DNA from: Pseudomonadota bacterium
GTDB taxonomy: Bacteria; Myxococcota_A; UBA9160; UBA4427
NCBI GenBank assembly: GCA_027295775.1
Contig: JAPUKG010000009.1
Location: forward strand, 1-37,315
Reading direction: 5' to 3'
Length of the DNA: 37,315 bases
Below the pieces are notes generated by a model. That model ran no database searches. It was given only the letters and a program-made list of their open reading frames with translations, and had not been told where the DNA came from. Below, piece after piece: positions 9,211-19,264 of this stretch (within the stretch, counting starts at the first letter, position 1; every line of letters begins with the position of its first letter). A program made the translations under genes and the position numbers.

Positions 9211-10299
9211 CTAGACCTCCCGCATCCCGGCGCACTCATCGACGATGTGACGGGCGGCCTCGGGGCGCGACAGGCGGCCCGCGGCGGCGCCCATGCGCGC
9301 GAGCTCTTCCGGCGTCTCGAGCAGGGGTAGCAGCGCGGCGGCCAGGGCGTCTGCGTTGAAGCTCCGCGAGTTCAGCATGCGCGCGGCGCCCGCCACCTCG
9401 AGCTCATGGGCGTTGGCGGCCTGGTGGTCGTCGGCCGCATGGGGATAGGGAACGAGCAGGGCGGGCAGCCCGGCCAGCGCCAGCTCCGCCACGGTGAGGC
9501 CGCCCGCGCGGCACAGCGCCAGGTCCGCCCAGCGGTAGCGCGCCGGCATGTTCGGCTCGAAGGCGACGACCTCGGCGGTCACGCCGGACTTCGCATAGGC
9601 CGCGGCGACCCGTTCCCGATCGGCGTCGCCGGCCTGGTGGAAGACCTCGATGGGCGCGTCGGCCAGGCGCGGAAGCGCGGCCATCACCGCCTCATTGATC
9701 TGCCGGGCGCCCTGGCTTCCGCCGAAGACCAGCAGGTGGAAGGGCGGCGCGGGCTCGCGCCGGGGCTCCGCGCCGCCGAAGGCCGCCACCAAAGACTGGC
9801 GCAGGGGCACGCCGAAGCAGCGCACCCGGTCGGGTCGGACACCCAGGCGATCTGCCGTGACGCGGAAGCCCACGAAGACCCGCTTCGCCAGGCGTGCCGC
9901 GATCCGGCTCGAGCGCCCCGGCACCGCGTTGGGCTCGAGCAGGGCCAGGGGCACGCGCGAGAAAACCGACGCGAGCACGGCGGGCATGGACGCGTAGCCG
10001 CCCACCGAGATCAGCCGGTCGGCCGCGAAGCGGCGCAGCTCGCGGTGGGCGCGCAGGGTCGCCGCCAGAATCGAGCAAACACCGGCGGTGCGCCCCAGCA
10101 CGCCGCGTCCCATCACCTGTCGGCTGCCCAGGGTTACCCAGTCGAAGCCGGCCTGGGGGAGCAGGCGCGCCTCGAGTCCCCGGTCCGAGCCCAGGAAGAG
10201 GACCTCGTCGCCGCGCTCGCGGATGGCTTCGCCCAGGGCGAGCGCCGGCGTCACATGTCCGCCGGTGCCGCCTCCCGCGATCACCCACCGGAGCGTCAT
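9211..10299 (-). CDS. murG: Lipid II GlcNAc transferase MurG
   Basis: GGGTGGH, GGY, GGSQGA, HQAANA; ATGA overlap with the ftsW stop. Confidence 0.98.
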   Translation of the reverse strand: MTLRWVIAGGGTGGHVTPALALGEAIRERGDEVLFLGSDRGLEARLLPQAGFDWVTLGSRQVMGRGVLGRTAGVCSILAATLRAHRELRRFAADRLISVGGYASMPAVLASVFSRVPLALLEPNAVPGRSSRIAARLAKRVFVGFRVTADRLGVRPDRVRCFGVPLRQSLVAAFGGAEPRREPAPPFHLLVFGGSQGARQINEAVMAALPRLADAPIEVFHQAGDADRERVAAAYAKSGVTAEVVAFEPNMPARYRWADLALCRAGGLTVAELALAGLPALLVPYPHAADDHQAANAHELEVAGAARMLNSRSFNADALAAALLPLLETPEELARMGAAAGRLSRPEAARHIVDECAGMREV

Positions 10300-11471
10300 G
10301 ATCGCTGCCCCGATCGGCGCCGGGATCCCGACTGCGTTCCGCGCGCACCTCTGGTGCCATCGCGCCCGATCGCGAGGAGCAGGCCAGCGGCGAAGCAGCA
10401 CACGACGAGCGACGTGCGCCCGTACGAGAGGAAGGGCAGGGTGAGTCCCTTGGTGGGCAGCAGCCCCATCACCACCGCCGCGTTCACCATGGCGGGGACG
10501 GCCAGGAGACCGGTCATGCCGAAGGCCACCAGCAGGCCGAAGCGGTCGCGGGCGCTGCGGGCAATGCGCGTCCCTGCGATCACCAGGGCGACGAAGGCAC
10601 CGAGCACGGCCAGCACGCCGATCAGCCCGAGCTCTTCAGCGACCAGGGACAGGATGAAGTCGGTGTGCGCCTCGGGCAGGTAGAAGAGCTTCTGGCGGCC
10701 GTCGCCGAGGCCCACGCCAGAGAAGCCGCCCTCGTTGAAGGCGACGATCGACTGCACGAGCTGAAAGCCGCCCTCCTCGTACTGGCTCCAGGGATCGCGG
10801 AACACGACCAGGCGGCGCCACGCGTAGGGATGGGTCCAGGCGTACAGGCCGATCGCCAGCGGTGTGGCCAGGGCGGGCAGGGCGAGCTGGCGCAGCGGCG
10901 TTCCCGCCGCCACCAGTACCAGTCCGACCAGACCCGCGAGCAGGACGGCGCTGCCCAGGTCCGGCTGGAACAGGAGCAGCACGACCAGAGGCAGTGTGAG
11001 TCCGGCCGCGACCGCCGCGCGCCGCACCGAGAGCTCGCGGTGTCCGTCGCGCGGGGCCACCACCGCCGCCACGGCGAGCAGGGTGGTGAGCTTGGTGATC
11101 TCTACCGGCTGGAACCGGAAGTCCAGGAACGGAACCGCCAGCCAGCGCTGCGCCCCGTTCACCTCGACACCGAACGCGGCGGTCGCCACCAGCAGCGCCG
11201 CTCCGGCGCACCAGAGGGGCAGGGCCAGCCACCGCCAGATGGCGAGCGGAACGGCGATGGCGAGGGCGGCCACGGCGATGCCTCCGGCGGCCGCCGCCAC
11301 GTGCTTCACGAAGAGGGGCGGGATGCGGTCCTGGATGGCCAGCGGCGCCGTGGCGCTGTAGCTCATCACGACTCCGAGCCCGAGTAGGAACAGGCCCGCC
11401 AGCAGTACCGCCCCGTCGACGGGCAGGGCGCCCCGGCTCCGCCCATGAGCCTGGGTGCTGGCGCGGCTCAC
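10296..11471 (-). CDS. ftsW: SEDS peptidoglycan polymerase FtsW
   Basis: GAQRW, QPVE, QPDLG, LPEAHTDFI, EELG, PFLSYG; multi-TM. Confidence 0.97.
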   Translation of the reverse strand: MSRASTQAHGRSRGALPVDGAVLLAGLFLLGLGVVMSYSATAPLAIQDRIPPLFVKHVAAAAGGIAVAALAIAVPLAIWRWLALPLWCAGAALLVATAAFGVEVNGAQRWLAVPFLDFRFQPVEITKLTTLLAVAAVVAPRDGHRELSVRRAAVAAGLTLPLVVLLLFQPDLGSAVLLAGLVGLVLVAAGTPLRQLALPALATPLAIGLYAWTHPYAWRRLVVFRDPWSQYEEGGFQLVQSIVAFNEGGFSGVGLGDGRQKLFYLPEAHTDFILSLVAEELGLIGVLAVLGAFVALVIAGTRIARSARDRFGLLVAFGMTGLLAVPAMVNAAVVMGLLPTKGLTLPFLSYGRTSLVVCCFAAGLLLAIGRDGTRGARGTQSGSRRRSGQRS

Positions 11472-12811
11472 CGCGTCTCTCCGTCCGCCAGCGCCGCCAC
11501 CGCCTGGCGGAAGCGTTCGCCGCGCTCCTCGAAGCCCGAGAACTGGTCGAAGCTGGCGCTTGCCGGCGAGAGGAGAACCACGTCCCCCGGCTCCGCCACG
11601 CGCGCCGCGCGGCGCACGGCCTCCTCCAGATTCGGCGCGCGCTCTGTGGCGACGCGCCCGGCCAGCGCCGCCTCGAGGGCGGGCGCTGCCTCGCCGATCA
11701 GGAACGCGGTGCGCACCTGGGCCGCCGCTGCGTCGACCAGCTCGGCGAAGCCCAGGTCCTTGTTGCGTCCGCCGGCGATCCAGACGACGGGCGCCCGGAA
11801 GCTCTCCAGCGAGCGCCGCGCTGCGCCTGGGTTCGTTGCCTTCGAGTCGTTGACGTAGGTGACGCCGCCCAGGGTCGCCACCTCTTCGCAGCGGTGGGGA
11901 AGTCCGGTGAAGCCCGCCAGGCCGGCCGCGCAGCGGCGCGGGTCGGCCCCCAGCTCGACGGCCGCTGCCACCGACGCCAGGACGTTCTCGACGTTGTGGA
12001 TGCCGGGCAGCCGGAGATCGTCCAGCGGCAGGCGCAGGTTCTCGCGCCGCAGGTAGACGCTTCCCCCGTCGAGGGTGACGTCCGCCTCAGGCGATCCCGT
12101 GGCGCTGAAAGTGACGACGCGCGCCTTCGCGGTGGCGGCCATCCCGGCGACGACCGGGTCATCGAAGTTCAGCACCGCGCTGTCATCGGACTGCTGCTGC
12201 GCCAGCAGGCGGCGCTTGGTCTCGGCGTACCTCGAGAAGTTGCCGTGGCGATCCAGATGATCGGGGGTCAGGTTCAGGATCACTGCGACACGAGGCCGAA
12301 AGCTCTCCACGCTCTCGAGCTGGAACGACGACACCTCGAGCACGGCCACGTCCAGGGGCTGCCCCACCAGGGAGAGTGCCGGCGTGCCGATGTTGCCGGC
12401 GGCCCGGGCGCGCAGTCCCGCCGCCCGAAGCAGGGTCTCGAGGATGCGCACGGTAGTGGACTTGCCGTTGGTCCCCGTGACCGCCGCGATCGGAATGCGA
12501 AGGGCGCGGCCCGCGAGCTCGATGTCGCCCCACGCCCGCCGCGCGCGGGTACCGTAGCGGGCGTACGGGATGCCCGGGCTCGGAACCACCAGGTCGTAGT
12601 CCGCCGGATCCGGGAAGGGACGCCCGGTGATCACCGGGACCCGCGATCCCAGCTCCGCAGCGAGCTCGGCCACGACCGCGGGGCCGATCTCCGTCTCCGT
12701 TCGCTCGTCGGCCACCGTCACCCGCGCGCCCTGCTCGCACAGGAAGCGCGCGGCGCTGCGTCCGGTGATGCCGAGTCCGAGCACGAGTATCTCCTTCCCC
12801 GCGAGCTCCAT
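11468..12811 (-). CDS. murD: UDP-MurNAc-L-Ala--D-Glu ligase
   Basis: GTNGKST, EVSSFQL, DHLDRH, NDSKATN, SPASASFDQF. Confidence 0.98.
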   Translation of the reverse strand: MELAGKEILVLGLGITGRSAARFLCEQGARVTVADERTETEIGPAVVAELAAELGSRVPVITGRPFPDPADYDLVVPSPGIPYARYGTRARRAWGDIELAGRALRIPIAAVTGTNGKSTTVRILETLLRAAGLRARAAGNIGTPALSLVGQPLDVAVLEVSSFQLESVESFRPRVAVILNLTPDHLDRHGNFSRYAETKRRLLAQQQSDDSAVLNFDDPVVAGMAATAKARVVTFSATGSPEADVTLDGGSVYLRRENLRLPLDDLRLPGIHNVENVLASVAAAVELGADPRRCAAGLAGFTGLPHRCEEVATLGGVTYVNDSKATNPGAARRSLESFRAPVVWIAGGRNKDLGFAELVDAAAAQVRTAFLIGEAAPALEAALAGRVATERAPNLEEAVRRAARVAEPGDVVLLSPASASFDQFSGFEERGERFRQAVAALADGETR

Positions 12812-12815
12812 TGCC

Positions 12816-13889
12816 TCAGCGCAGCTTCAGTGACGACAGTGCCACCAGGCCGAGGATGATCGAGACGATCCAGAAGCGGACGACGATCTTCTGCTCGGGC
12901 CAGCCGAGCTTCTCGTAGTGGTGGTGGATGGGGGCCATCAGGAAGACCCGCTTGCCCGTCAGCTTGAACGAGACCACCTGGATCATCACCGAGACCGTCT
13001 CCACCACGAAGATCCCGCCCACCACGGCGAGCAGGATCTCCTGCCGGATCAGCACCGCGATGGTTCCGAGGGCGCCGCCGAGGGCCAGCGCGCCCACGTC
13101 TCCCATGAAGAGCTGGGCGGGAGAGGCGTTGAACCACAGGAAGCCCAGTCCGCCGCCCACCAGCGCGCCGCAGAAGATGGCGAGCTGACCGGCGCCCGGG
13201 ACCGACTTGATGCCCAGGTACTCGGCGATGCCCGCGTGCCCCGCGGCGTAGGCCAGCATCAGGAAGGTGCCGCCCGCGATCATCACCGGCCCGATGGCCA
13301 ACCCGTCGAGTCCGTCGGTCAGATTCACGCCGTTGCTGGCGGCCACGATGATGAAGGTGGCGAGCGGTACATACAGCCAGCCCAGGTTCGGGGTGAAGTC
13401 CTTGAAGAACGGCACCGCGAGCTCGCGGTCGAAGCCGGGATCGGTGTAGATTGCCAGGGCCACCAGCGCGGCCAGGGCCGTCTGCCACATGATCTTCGTG
13501 CGCGCTGAGATTCCCGCGCTGTGTCCCTCCCGAACCTTCCTGTAGTCGTCGATGAAGCCGAGCACGCCGTAGCCGGCGGTCAGTCCGATCACGATCCACA
13601 CGAAGCGGTTGGTCAGATCCGCCCATAGGAAGACCGACACGCCCAGCGACAGGAGGATCAGCAGGCCGCCCATGGTGGGAGTGCCTTCCTTCGCCTGGTG
13701 GTCGGGACCGATCTCGCGGATCGGCTGCCCAATCCGCAGTGTGGCCAGCCGCCGGATCAGCCAGGGGCCGACGAGGAAGGAGATGAAGAGCGCGGTGAGC
13801 GTCGCCGCCGCAGTCCGGAAGGTGATGTACTGGACGACGTTGAAGCCGCCGAACTGATCGCGCAGCGGGAACAGCAGGTAGTAGAGCAC
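12816..13889 (-). CDS. mraY: Phospho-N-acetylmuramoyl-pentapeptide transferase
   Basis: GTPTMGG, NLTDGLDGL, FMGDVG, MAPIHHH. Confidence 0.99.
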   Translation of the reverse strand: MLYYLLFPLRDQFGGFNVVQYITFRTAAATLTALFISFLVGPWLIRRLATLRIGQPIREIGPDHQAKEGTPTMGGLLILLSLGVSVFLWADLTNRFVWIVIGLTAGYGVLGFIDDYRKVREGHSAGISARTKIMWQTALAALVALAIYTDPGFDRELAVPFFKDFTPNLGWLYVPLATFIIVAASNGVNLTDGLDGLAIGPVMIAGGTFLMLAYAAGHAGIAEYLGIKSVPGAGQLAIFCGALVGGGLGFLWFNASPAQLFMGDVGALALGGALGTIAVLIRQEILLAVVGGIFVVETVSVMIQVVSFKLTGKRVFLMAPIHHHYEKLGWPEQKIVVRFWIVSIILGLVALSSLKLR

Positions 13890-15292
13890 TATCCAGTCTC
13901 CTTGGAAGTGAGGGCCGCTACGACCCGCTCCATCTGCATGGCGCGCGATCCCTTGACCAGCACCCAGTCCCGCGGGCGCAGGAGGTCCCGCACGGCGCGG
14001 CTGGCGGCAGCGTGGTCGGGCACGGCGCGGGCCCGGCCCCCGTCCATGCCGGCCGCCGCGGCTGCCTCGGCCACCAGGGGCGCGCGCTCCCCGAGCGCAA
14101 ACAGGAAGTCGACGCCGAGCTCGGCCGCGGCGCGGCCGGCCTGCCGGTGGGCCTCTTCCGTGTCGTCGCCGAGCTCGCCCATGTCGCCCACCACCGCCAG
14201 CCCGCGGCCGTCGCCCTTCAGCCGCGCCAGGGTCTCGAGAGCGGCGCGCAGCGACTGCGGGTTGGCGTTGTAGGTGTCGTCGATCAGGGTCACGTCGCCG
14301 GCGAGCGCGATCCGCGCCATGCGCCCGCCCACGTTGCGGTAGGCCCCGAGACCGGTGCGGATGTCGTCCAGGCTCGCCCCCGCGGCCAGTGCCGCCGCGG
14401 CAGCGGCGGTGGCGTTGATCACTGTGGTCTCGCCGAGACCGGGGACCCGGAGCGAGATCTCGCCCTCCGGCGTGGTGAGATCGAAGGTGAAGGTCCCCTC
14501 GTCCAGGAAGCGGATCTTTCGCGCCACCACCTCGGCGTTCGAGCGGGTCGAGTAGCCGAGTACCGCGCCGGGCGCGCGCCGCGCCTGCTCACCAACCCGT
14601 GCGTCGTCGCGATTCACCACGGCGATACCGTCCTCAGCGAGAGCGGCGAAGAGGTCGCCCTTCTCTCGCGCGATCTCGTCGCGGCTGCCCAGGAACTCGA
14701 TGTGGGCGATCCCGACGTTGGTGACCAGGCCGACGGTCGGCGCGGAGATCGCCGCCAGGCGGGCGATCTCGCCCCGGTGGTTCATTCCCAGCTCGACCAC
14801 GGCGCTCTGGTGCTCGGGGCGCAGGCGCAGCAGGGTGAGCGGTAGACCGAACTCGTTGTTCAGATTGCCCTCGTTCTTGAGGCACGCCGCGCGCACGGAC
14901 AAGATCGATGCGCACATCTCCTTGGTGGTGGTCTTTCCGCTGCTCCCGGTCACCGCGACGACTGGACCGCGGAAGGTTGCGCGATGGCCCGCGGCCAGGG
15001 AGCCCAGGGCGGCGGTGGTGTCGTCGACCTCGAGCACGGCCGTGTCCCCGGGAAGCGCGTCGTCCGCGACTCGACCGCGCTCGACCACCAGCGCCGCGGC
15101 GCCCGCCTCCAGCGCCTGGGACAGGAAGGAGTGGGCGTCGTGGCGGGGCCCACGGATGGCGACGAAGAGCTCTCCGGATGCGATCGCGCGGGAATCGATG
15201 GAGACGCCGGTGACGGGTTTCTCTTCGGCGCCTCGGCGCAGGCTCGCGCCAGTCCAACGCACGGCGTCGCCCAGCTGGAAGGCGGCGCTCAT
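13889..15292 (-). CDS. murF: UDP-MurNAc-tripeptide--D-Ala-D-Ala ligase
   Basis: GSSGKTTTK, ELGMNH, DTYNANP, GDMGELG, KGSR; real start ATG 15292 overlaps the murE stop. Confidence 0.97.
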   Translation of the reverse strand: MSAAFQLGDAVRWTGASLRRGAEEKPVTGVSIDSRAIASGELFVAIRGPRHDAHSFLSQALEAGAAALVVERGRVADDALPGDTAVLEVDDTTAALGSLAAGHRATFRGPVVAVTGSSGKTTTKEMCASILSVRAACLKNEGNLNNEFGLPLTLLRLRPEHQSAVVELGMNHRGEIARLAAISAPTVGLVTNVGIAHIEFLGSRDEIAREKGDLFAALAEDGIAVVNRDDARVGEQARRAPGAVLGYSTRSNAEVVARKIRFLDEGTFTFDLTTPEGEISLRVPGLGETTVINATAAAAAALAAGASLDDIRTGLGAYRNVGGRMARIALAGDVTLIDDTYNANPQSLRAALETLARLKGDGRGLAVVGDMGELGDDTEEAHRQAGRAAAELGVDFLFALGERAPLVAEAAAAAGMDGGRARAVPDHAAASRAVRDLLRPRDWVLVKGSRAMQMERVVAALTSKETG

Positions 15293-16848
15293 CGCAGCTC
15301 CCCCCGCACCACGGCCCGGAGCGCCCGGCGCGCCTCGTCCCGGTCGTCGAAGGGCAGCTTTTCGCGACCCACGATCTGGTAGTCCTCGTGGCCCTTGCCG
15401 GCCAGCACGACCATGTCGTCGGTGCGCGCCATGACGATGGCGCGCCGAATCGCCGCGCGCCGGTCCTCGATCACGGCATACGCGCCTTCGCGCGCATCCA
15501 GCTCCTCGGGCTCGGTGCGGGAGAGGGCACCCAGCCCGCCCTCCACGTCGCGCAGGATCGCGGCGGGATCCTCGCTGCGCGGGTTGTCGCTGGTGGCGAT
15601 CACCCGGTCGCTGAAGCGCGCCACGGCCTCGGCCATGAGCGGACGCTTGGTGGTGTCCCGGTCGCCACCGCAGCCGAAGACGGTGATCAGCCGTCCGCGC
15701 ACCAGCGGACGGAGCGCGAGCAGCAGCTTTTCCACGGCGTCCGGCGTGTGCGCGTAGTCGACCACGACCGCGGGCAGCGCGGCTCCCTCCACGTCGATCA
15801 GTTCGACGCGGCCGGGAACCTGGGGGCAGGCTGCAACGCCTCGGGCGATGGAGTCGGGGTCGATGCCCAGCGCCTCTGCGATTCCGCAGGCCACGATCAG
15901 GTTCTCGAGATTGAAGTCGCCGACCAGGGGGAGGTCCAGGTCGATCTCCCCCGACGGCAGCTGCACTCGCGCGCGGCTTCCGGACAGCCGCACCTCCGCG
16001 CGGAGCAGGCGCACCTCGGCATCCCTGTCGAGATCGCGAGTGGTGCGCAGGATGGTGGCGCCGGCGCCCAGCGCCTCGGCGCACAGCTTCTCGCTGGCGG
16101 GGTCGTCGACGTTGATGACCGCTCGCCCACCCGGCGCCAGGCACTCTCGGAAGAGCAGAGCCTTCGACTCCAGGTAGGCGTCCATGCTGCCGTGGAAGTC
16201 CAGGTGGTCCTGGGTCAGGTTCGTGAAGGCGCCCACCGCGAATCGGCAACCGTTCACACGACCGAGCTCGAGGCCGTGGGACGAGACCTCCATCACCACC
16301 GCCTCCACGCCGTGGGTGCGCATGGAGCGCAAGCTGCGCTGGAGGTCGAGACTCTCGGGCGTTGTGTTGACCGCCGGGATGCGCTCGCCGGCGTATCGGA
16401 CCTCGACCGTGCCGATGAGCCCGGTGCGGATCCCCGCGCGACCGAGGATCGACTCGGTGAGGTAGCTGGTGCTGGTCTTGCCATTGGTTCCGGTGATGCC
16501 GATCAGCGTGCACTCGCTGGCGGGCTCTCCGAAGAAGCGGGTGGCCACCGGGGCCAGCGCCCGCCGGCTGTCGTTCACGACGACCACCGGGGGGAGGTCG
16601 GTCGACTCGGACCGAGGCGGCGCTTCCTCCACCATGAGTGCTGCAGCGCCGAGCTCGACGGCCTGGGCGAGGAAGTCGTGACCGTCGAACGAGTCCCCTC
16701 GCAGCGCCACGAACAGATCCCCGGGCGCGATGCGCCTGGAGTCGTAGGAGATGCCGCGGATCACCGGGTCGTCCGAAGGGTTGGTCCGGATCCACTGCAG
16801 CGGCGCGTGCTCGGGGGGAAGCGCTGCGAGCAGGGCGGAGAGCCGCAT
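15289..16848 (-). CDS. murE: UDP-MurNAc-L-Ala-D-Glu--meso-DAP ligase
   Basis: GTNGKTS, EVSSH, DYAHTPD, DNPR (DAP-specific), GKGHE. Confidence 0.98.
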   Translation of the reverse strand: MRLSALLAALPPEHAPLQWIRTNPSDDPVIRGISYDSRRIAPGDLFVALRGDSFDGHDFLAQAVELGAAALMVEEAPPRSESTDLPPVVVVNDSRRALAPVATRFFGEPASECTLIGITGTNGKTSTSYLTESILGRAGIRTGLIGTVEVRYAGERIPAVNTTPESLDLQRSLRSMRTHGVEAVVMEVSSHGLELGRVNGCRFAVGAFTNLTQDHLDFHGSMDAYLESKALLFRECLAPGGRAVINVDDPASEKLCAEALGAGATILRTTRDLDRDAEVRLLRAEVRLSGSRARVQLPSGEIDLDLPLVGDFNLENLIVACGIAEALGIDPDSIARGVAACPQVPGRVELIDVEGAALPAVVVDYAHTPDAVEKLLLALRPLVRGRLITVFGCGGDRDTTKRPLMAEAVARFSDRVIATSDNPRSEDPAAILRDVEGGLGALSRTEPEELDAREGAYAVIEDRRAAIRRAIVMARTDDMVVLAGKGHEDYQIVGREKLPFDDRDEARRALRAVVRGELR

Positions 16849-18908
16849 CAGCCCTCTCCCCTCCGAGCTCCCGCGAAGCGGACGAACACCCGCCGGTCCC
16901 CGCCGTCCAGAATGGCGCCGGGATGGGGCTCCTGCTGGACCGCCGTTCCGCGGCCGTTGAACTCGAGCTCGATCTGGTTCTCGGACGTGATCCGGATCAC
17001 CTCGTCGAGAGAGAGGCCCAGGAAGTCGGGCAGCAGGATGCGGTCGTCGTCCGCCTGGGTCACTCGCACTGGGGTTTCCTCGGCCCCGCGGACCGGGTCG
17101 CCCTGGGGCGGCCGGTGCGGGGCGGGCCGCTCTTCTTCAGGTTCGATGGCGGCGGGCGGCGTCGGGTTCCGTTTGGCGAGCCGCGTCTCGGGCAGCGGCG
17201 CTGGAGCCGGCTGGGGCTCCGTCGCGATTCCGAGCAGCGCGAGCTGGGCCGCCGCAACCCGGGCGAAGAGCGGGGCCGCGGAGGAGCCGCCGATGTGCGC
17301 GCCGCGGTCGGGCTCGTCGAGCGCGGCCACGATCACCAGGTGCGGATCGTCGGCGGGGACCGCGCCCACGAACCAGGCAATGAAGTCCTTTTTGGAGTAC
17401 GAGCCGGTCTCGGGGTCGAGCTTCTGGGCGGTGCCCGTCTTGCCCGCCACGCGCAGGCCCTTGAGCCCAGCCTGGCGACCGGTCCCGTGGGTTCCTACGA
17501 CGCCCTCCATCATGCGCAGCACCGCGTCGGCGGTGTCGGCGCTGACGACCCGCCGGGTGGTCCTGGGCTCGGTGCGAATCCAGCCGCTACCGTCGCCGCG
17601 GCGGCGCGCGGCGATCAGACGGGGCGCGATCCAGACGCCGCCGTTGGCCAGGGCCGCGGTGGCGGCCGCGAGCTGGATCGGCGTCACGCCGATCCCCTGT
17701 CCGAAGGCGATGTTGGCGTGGTCGAGGGGCTTCCACTCCCGCCAGGGGCGCAGTAGGCCCGCGGACTCGACCGGAAAGCCACTTCGGGTGGAGGCGCCGA
17801 AGCCGAAGCGGACCAGACCTTCGTGGTGGGCGGCCGGACCGAGGCGCTGTGCGATCTGCACCGCGCCGACGTTGCTCGAGACGCGAACGACGCCGGACAC
17901 GTCGAGGATGCCGTAGTCGTGGGTGTCGTGGATCCATTTGCCGGGCACGTGGATGCGGCCCTCGCTGCAGTCGAAGCGATCCGACGCGCGGATGACGCCG
18001 GCCTCGAGCGCGCTCGCTACCAGGAAGATCTTGAGTGTCGATCCCGGCTCGACGGCGTCGAGGAAGACCCGCGAGCGCGTCGTCCAATAGTCGAGCTCGC
18101 GGAACCGATTGGGATCGAAGCTCGGTGCTTCGGCCATCGCGAGTATCTCGCCGGTCTTCGGATCCAGACTGAGAACGGTGCCAGCCCGGGCGCCGGTCTT
18201 CTCGAGGCTCTCGCGCAGCGCCCTCTCCGCCTCGGCCTGCATCCGCGAGTCGAGGGTCAGGGCGACGTCGCCGCCGGCGGACTCGCGGGGCGCCACGGCC
18301 GTGGTGGCCAGAAGTCGGCCGCTGCCGTCGCGCTCCACCGGCGCGCTGCGCGCGCTGCCGCGCAGCCAGGCGTCTTCCTGCTGCTCGACCCCGCGAACGC
18401 CCTCGCCGTCGATGTTGGCGAAGCCGATGGCGTGCGCGGCCAGCTCCGCGCCGGGATAGGCGCGCTTCGACTCGTGCACGATGCCCACGCCAGGCAGGCC
18501 CAGGGCCTCCACGGCCCGAGCCCGGTCCGGATCCACCCACCGGGCCACGAATGTGAAACGCGTGCGGCCGCGCAGCCGCGCGGTCAGCTTGCGCCGGGAG
18601 AGTCCGAGCTTCTGCGTGAGCTGTCGGACCACGGCGTCGCGATCGCCGAGTTCGCTCGGCAGCACGTAGACCGAGGGCGCCGCCACCGTCACCGCCAGCT
18701 CGACGCCGTTGCGGTCGACGATGAGACCCCGCGCCGGCGGCAGGTGCAGTGTGGTGTGGACCTGCCGGTCGCGTTGCCACTCGCCCCGCTGGGTGTCGAT
18801 CACCGTGAGGTGGGCGGCGCGGCCGGCCAGCACCGCGAACAGGATCAGGAAGACGGCGCGCAACGCACCCACACGAGCGCAAGCGGCGCGAAGCGCGGTC
18901 GACCTCAT
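16848..18908 (-). CDS. ftsI: Division transpeptidase PBP3/FtsI with C-terminal PASTA-like domain
   Basis: RG.I.DRNG, EPGSTLK (SxxK), SSN, KTGT. Confidence 0.96.
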   Translation of the reverse strand: MRSTALRAACARVGALRAVFLILFAVLAGRAAHLTVIDTQRGEWQRDRQVHTTLHLPPARGLIVDRNGVELAVTVAAPSVYVLPSELGDRDAVVRQLTQKLGLSRRKLTARLRGRTRFTFVARWVDPDRARAVEALGLPGVGIVHESKRAYPGAELAAHAIGFANIDGEGVRGVEQQEDAWLRGSARSAPVERDGSGRLLATTAVAPRESAGGDVALTLDSRMQAEAERALRESLEKTGARAGTVLSLDPKTGEILAMAEAPSFDPNRFRELDYWTTRSRVFLDAVEPGSTLKIFLVASALEAGVIRASDRFDCSEGRIHVPGKWIHDTHDYGILDVSGVVRVSSNVGAVQIAQRLGPAAHHEGLVRFGFGASTRSGFPVESAGLLRPWREWKPLDHANIAFGQGIGVTPIQLAAATAALANGGVWIAPRLIAARRRGDGSGWIRTEPRTTRRVVSADTADAVLRMMEGVVGTHGTGRQAGLKGLRVAGKTGTAQKLDPETGSYSKKDFIAWFVGAVPADDPHLVIVAALDEPDRGAHIGGSSAAPLFARVAAAQLALLGIATEPQPAPAPLPETRLAKRNPTPPAAIEPEEERPAPHRPPQGDPVRGAEETPVRVTQADDDRILLPDFLGLSLDEVIRITSENQIELEFNGRGTAVQQEPHPGAILDGGDRRVFVRFAGARRGEG

Positions 18909-19264
18909 GGCCGGGCTCCGGCCCCTGTGTCGTCGGCGAACGGGAGGCGGATCACGTGTTCCGGGCGCACGAACCCGCGTTCGCGGGCGTGCTCGGCCAG
19001 GAGCGACGGCTGGCGGAGCTGGCGCATCTCGACGGTCAGCTCGCGCTTCTCGGCCAGCAGCGACTGCTCGCGGGCGACGGCGTCGGCCAGCGCGTAGCGG
19101 ACGCGCAGCAGATCCACCCGGAGCACCGCCACGAGCAGGGCGGCCAGCAGCGCCGCCGCCAGGATCGGCGCGATCTCCCGGACGCGAGGCCGCCAGCGCA
19201 CCGCCCGCCCCGAGAAGTCGAGCCCGACGAGGTCGAGACCCCTGCGTGCGCTGCGCACGCTCAC
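18905..19264 (-). CDS. ftsL: Cell division protein FtsL
   Basis: TM segment plus coiled coil, located between rsmH and ftsI; GTGA/ATGA overlaps on both sides. Confidence 0.85.
   Translation of the reverse strand: MSVRSARRGLDLVGLDFSGRAVRWRPRVREIAPILAAALLAALLVAVLRVDLLRVRYALADAVAREQSLLAEKRELTVEMRQLRQPSLLAEHARERGFVRPEHVIRLPFADDTGAGARP

Noticed and set aside
13889-16795. 968-aa ORF suggesting a MurE-MurF fusion
   Set aside because: The N-terminal half is an alternative frame over murE with low-complexity Arg/Gly translation. murE has its own stop at 15289 overlapping the murF ATG.
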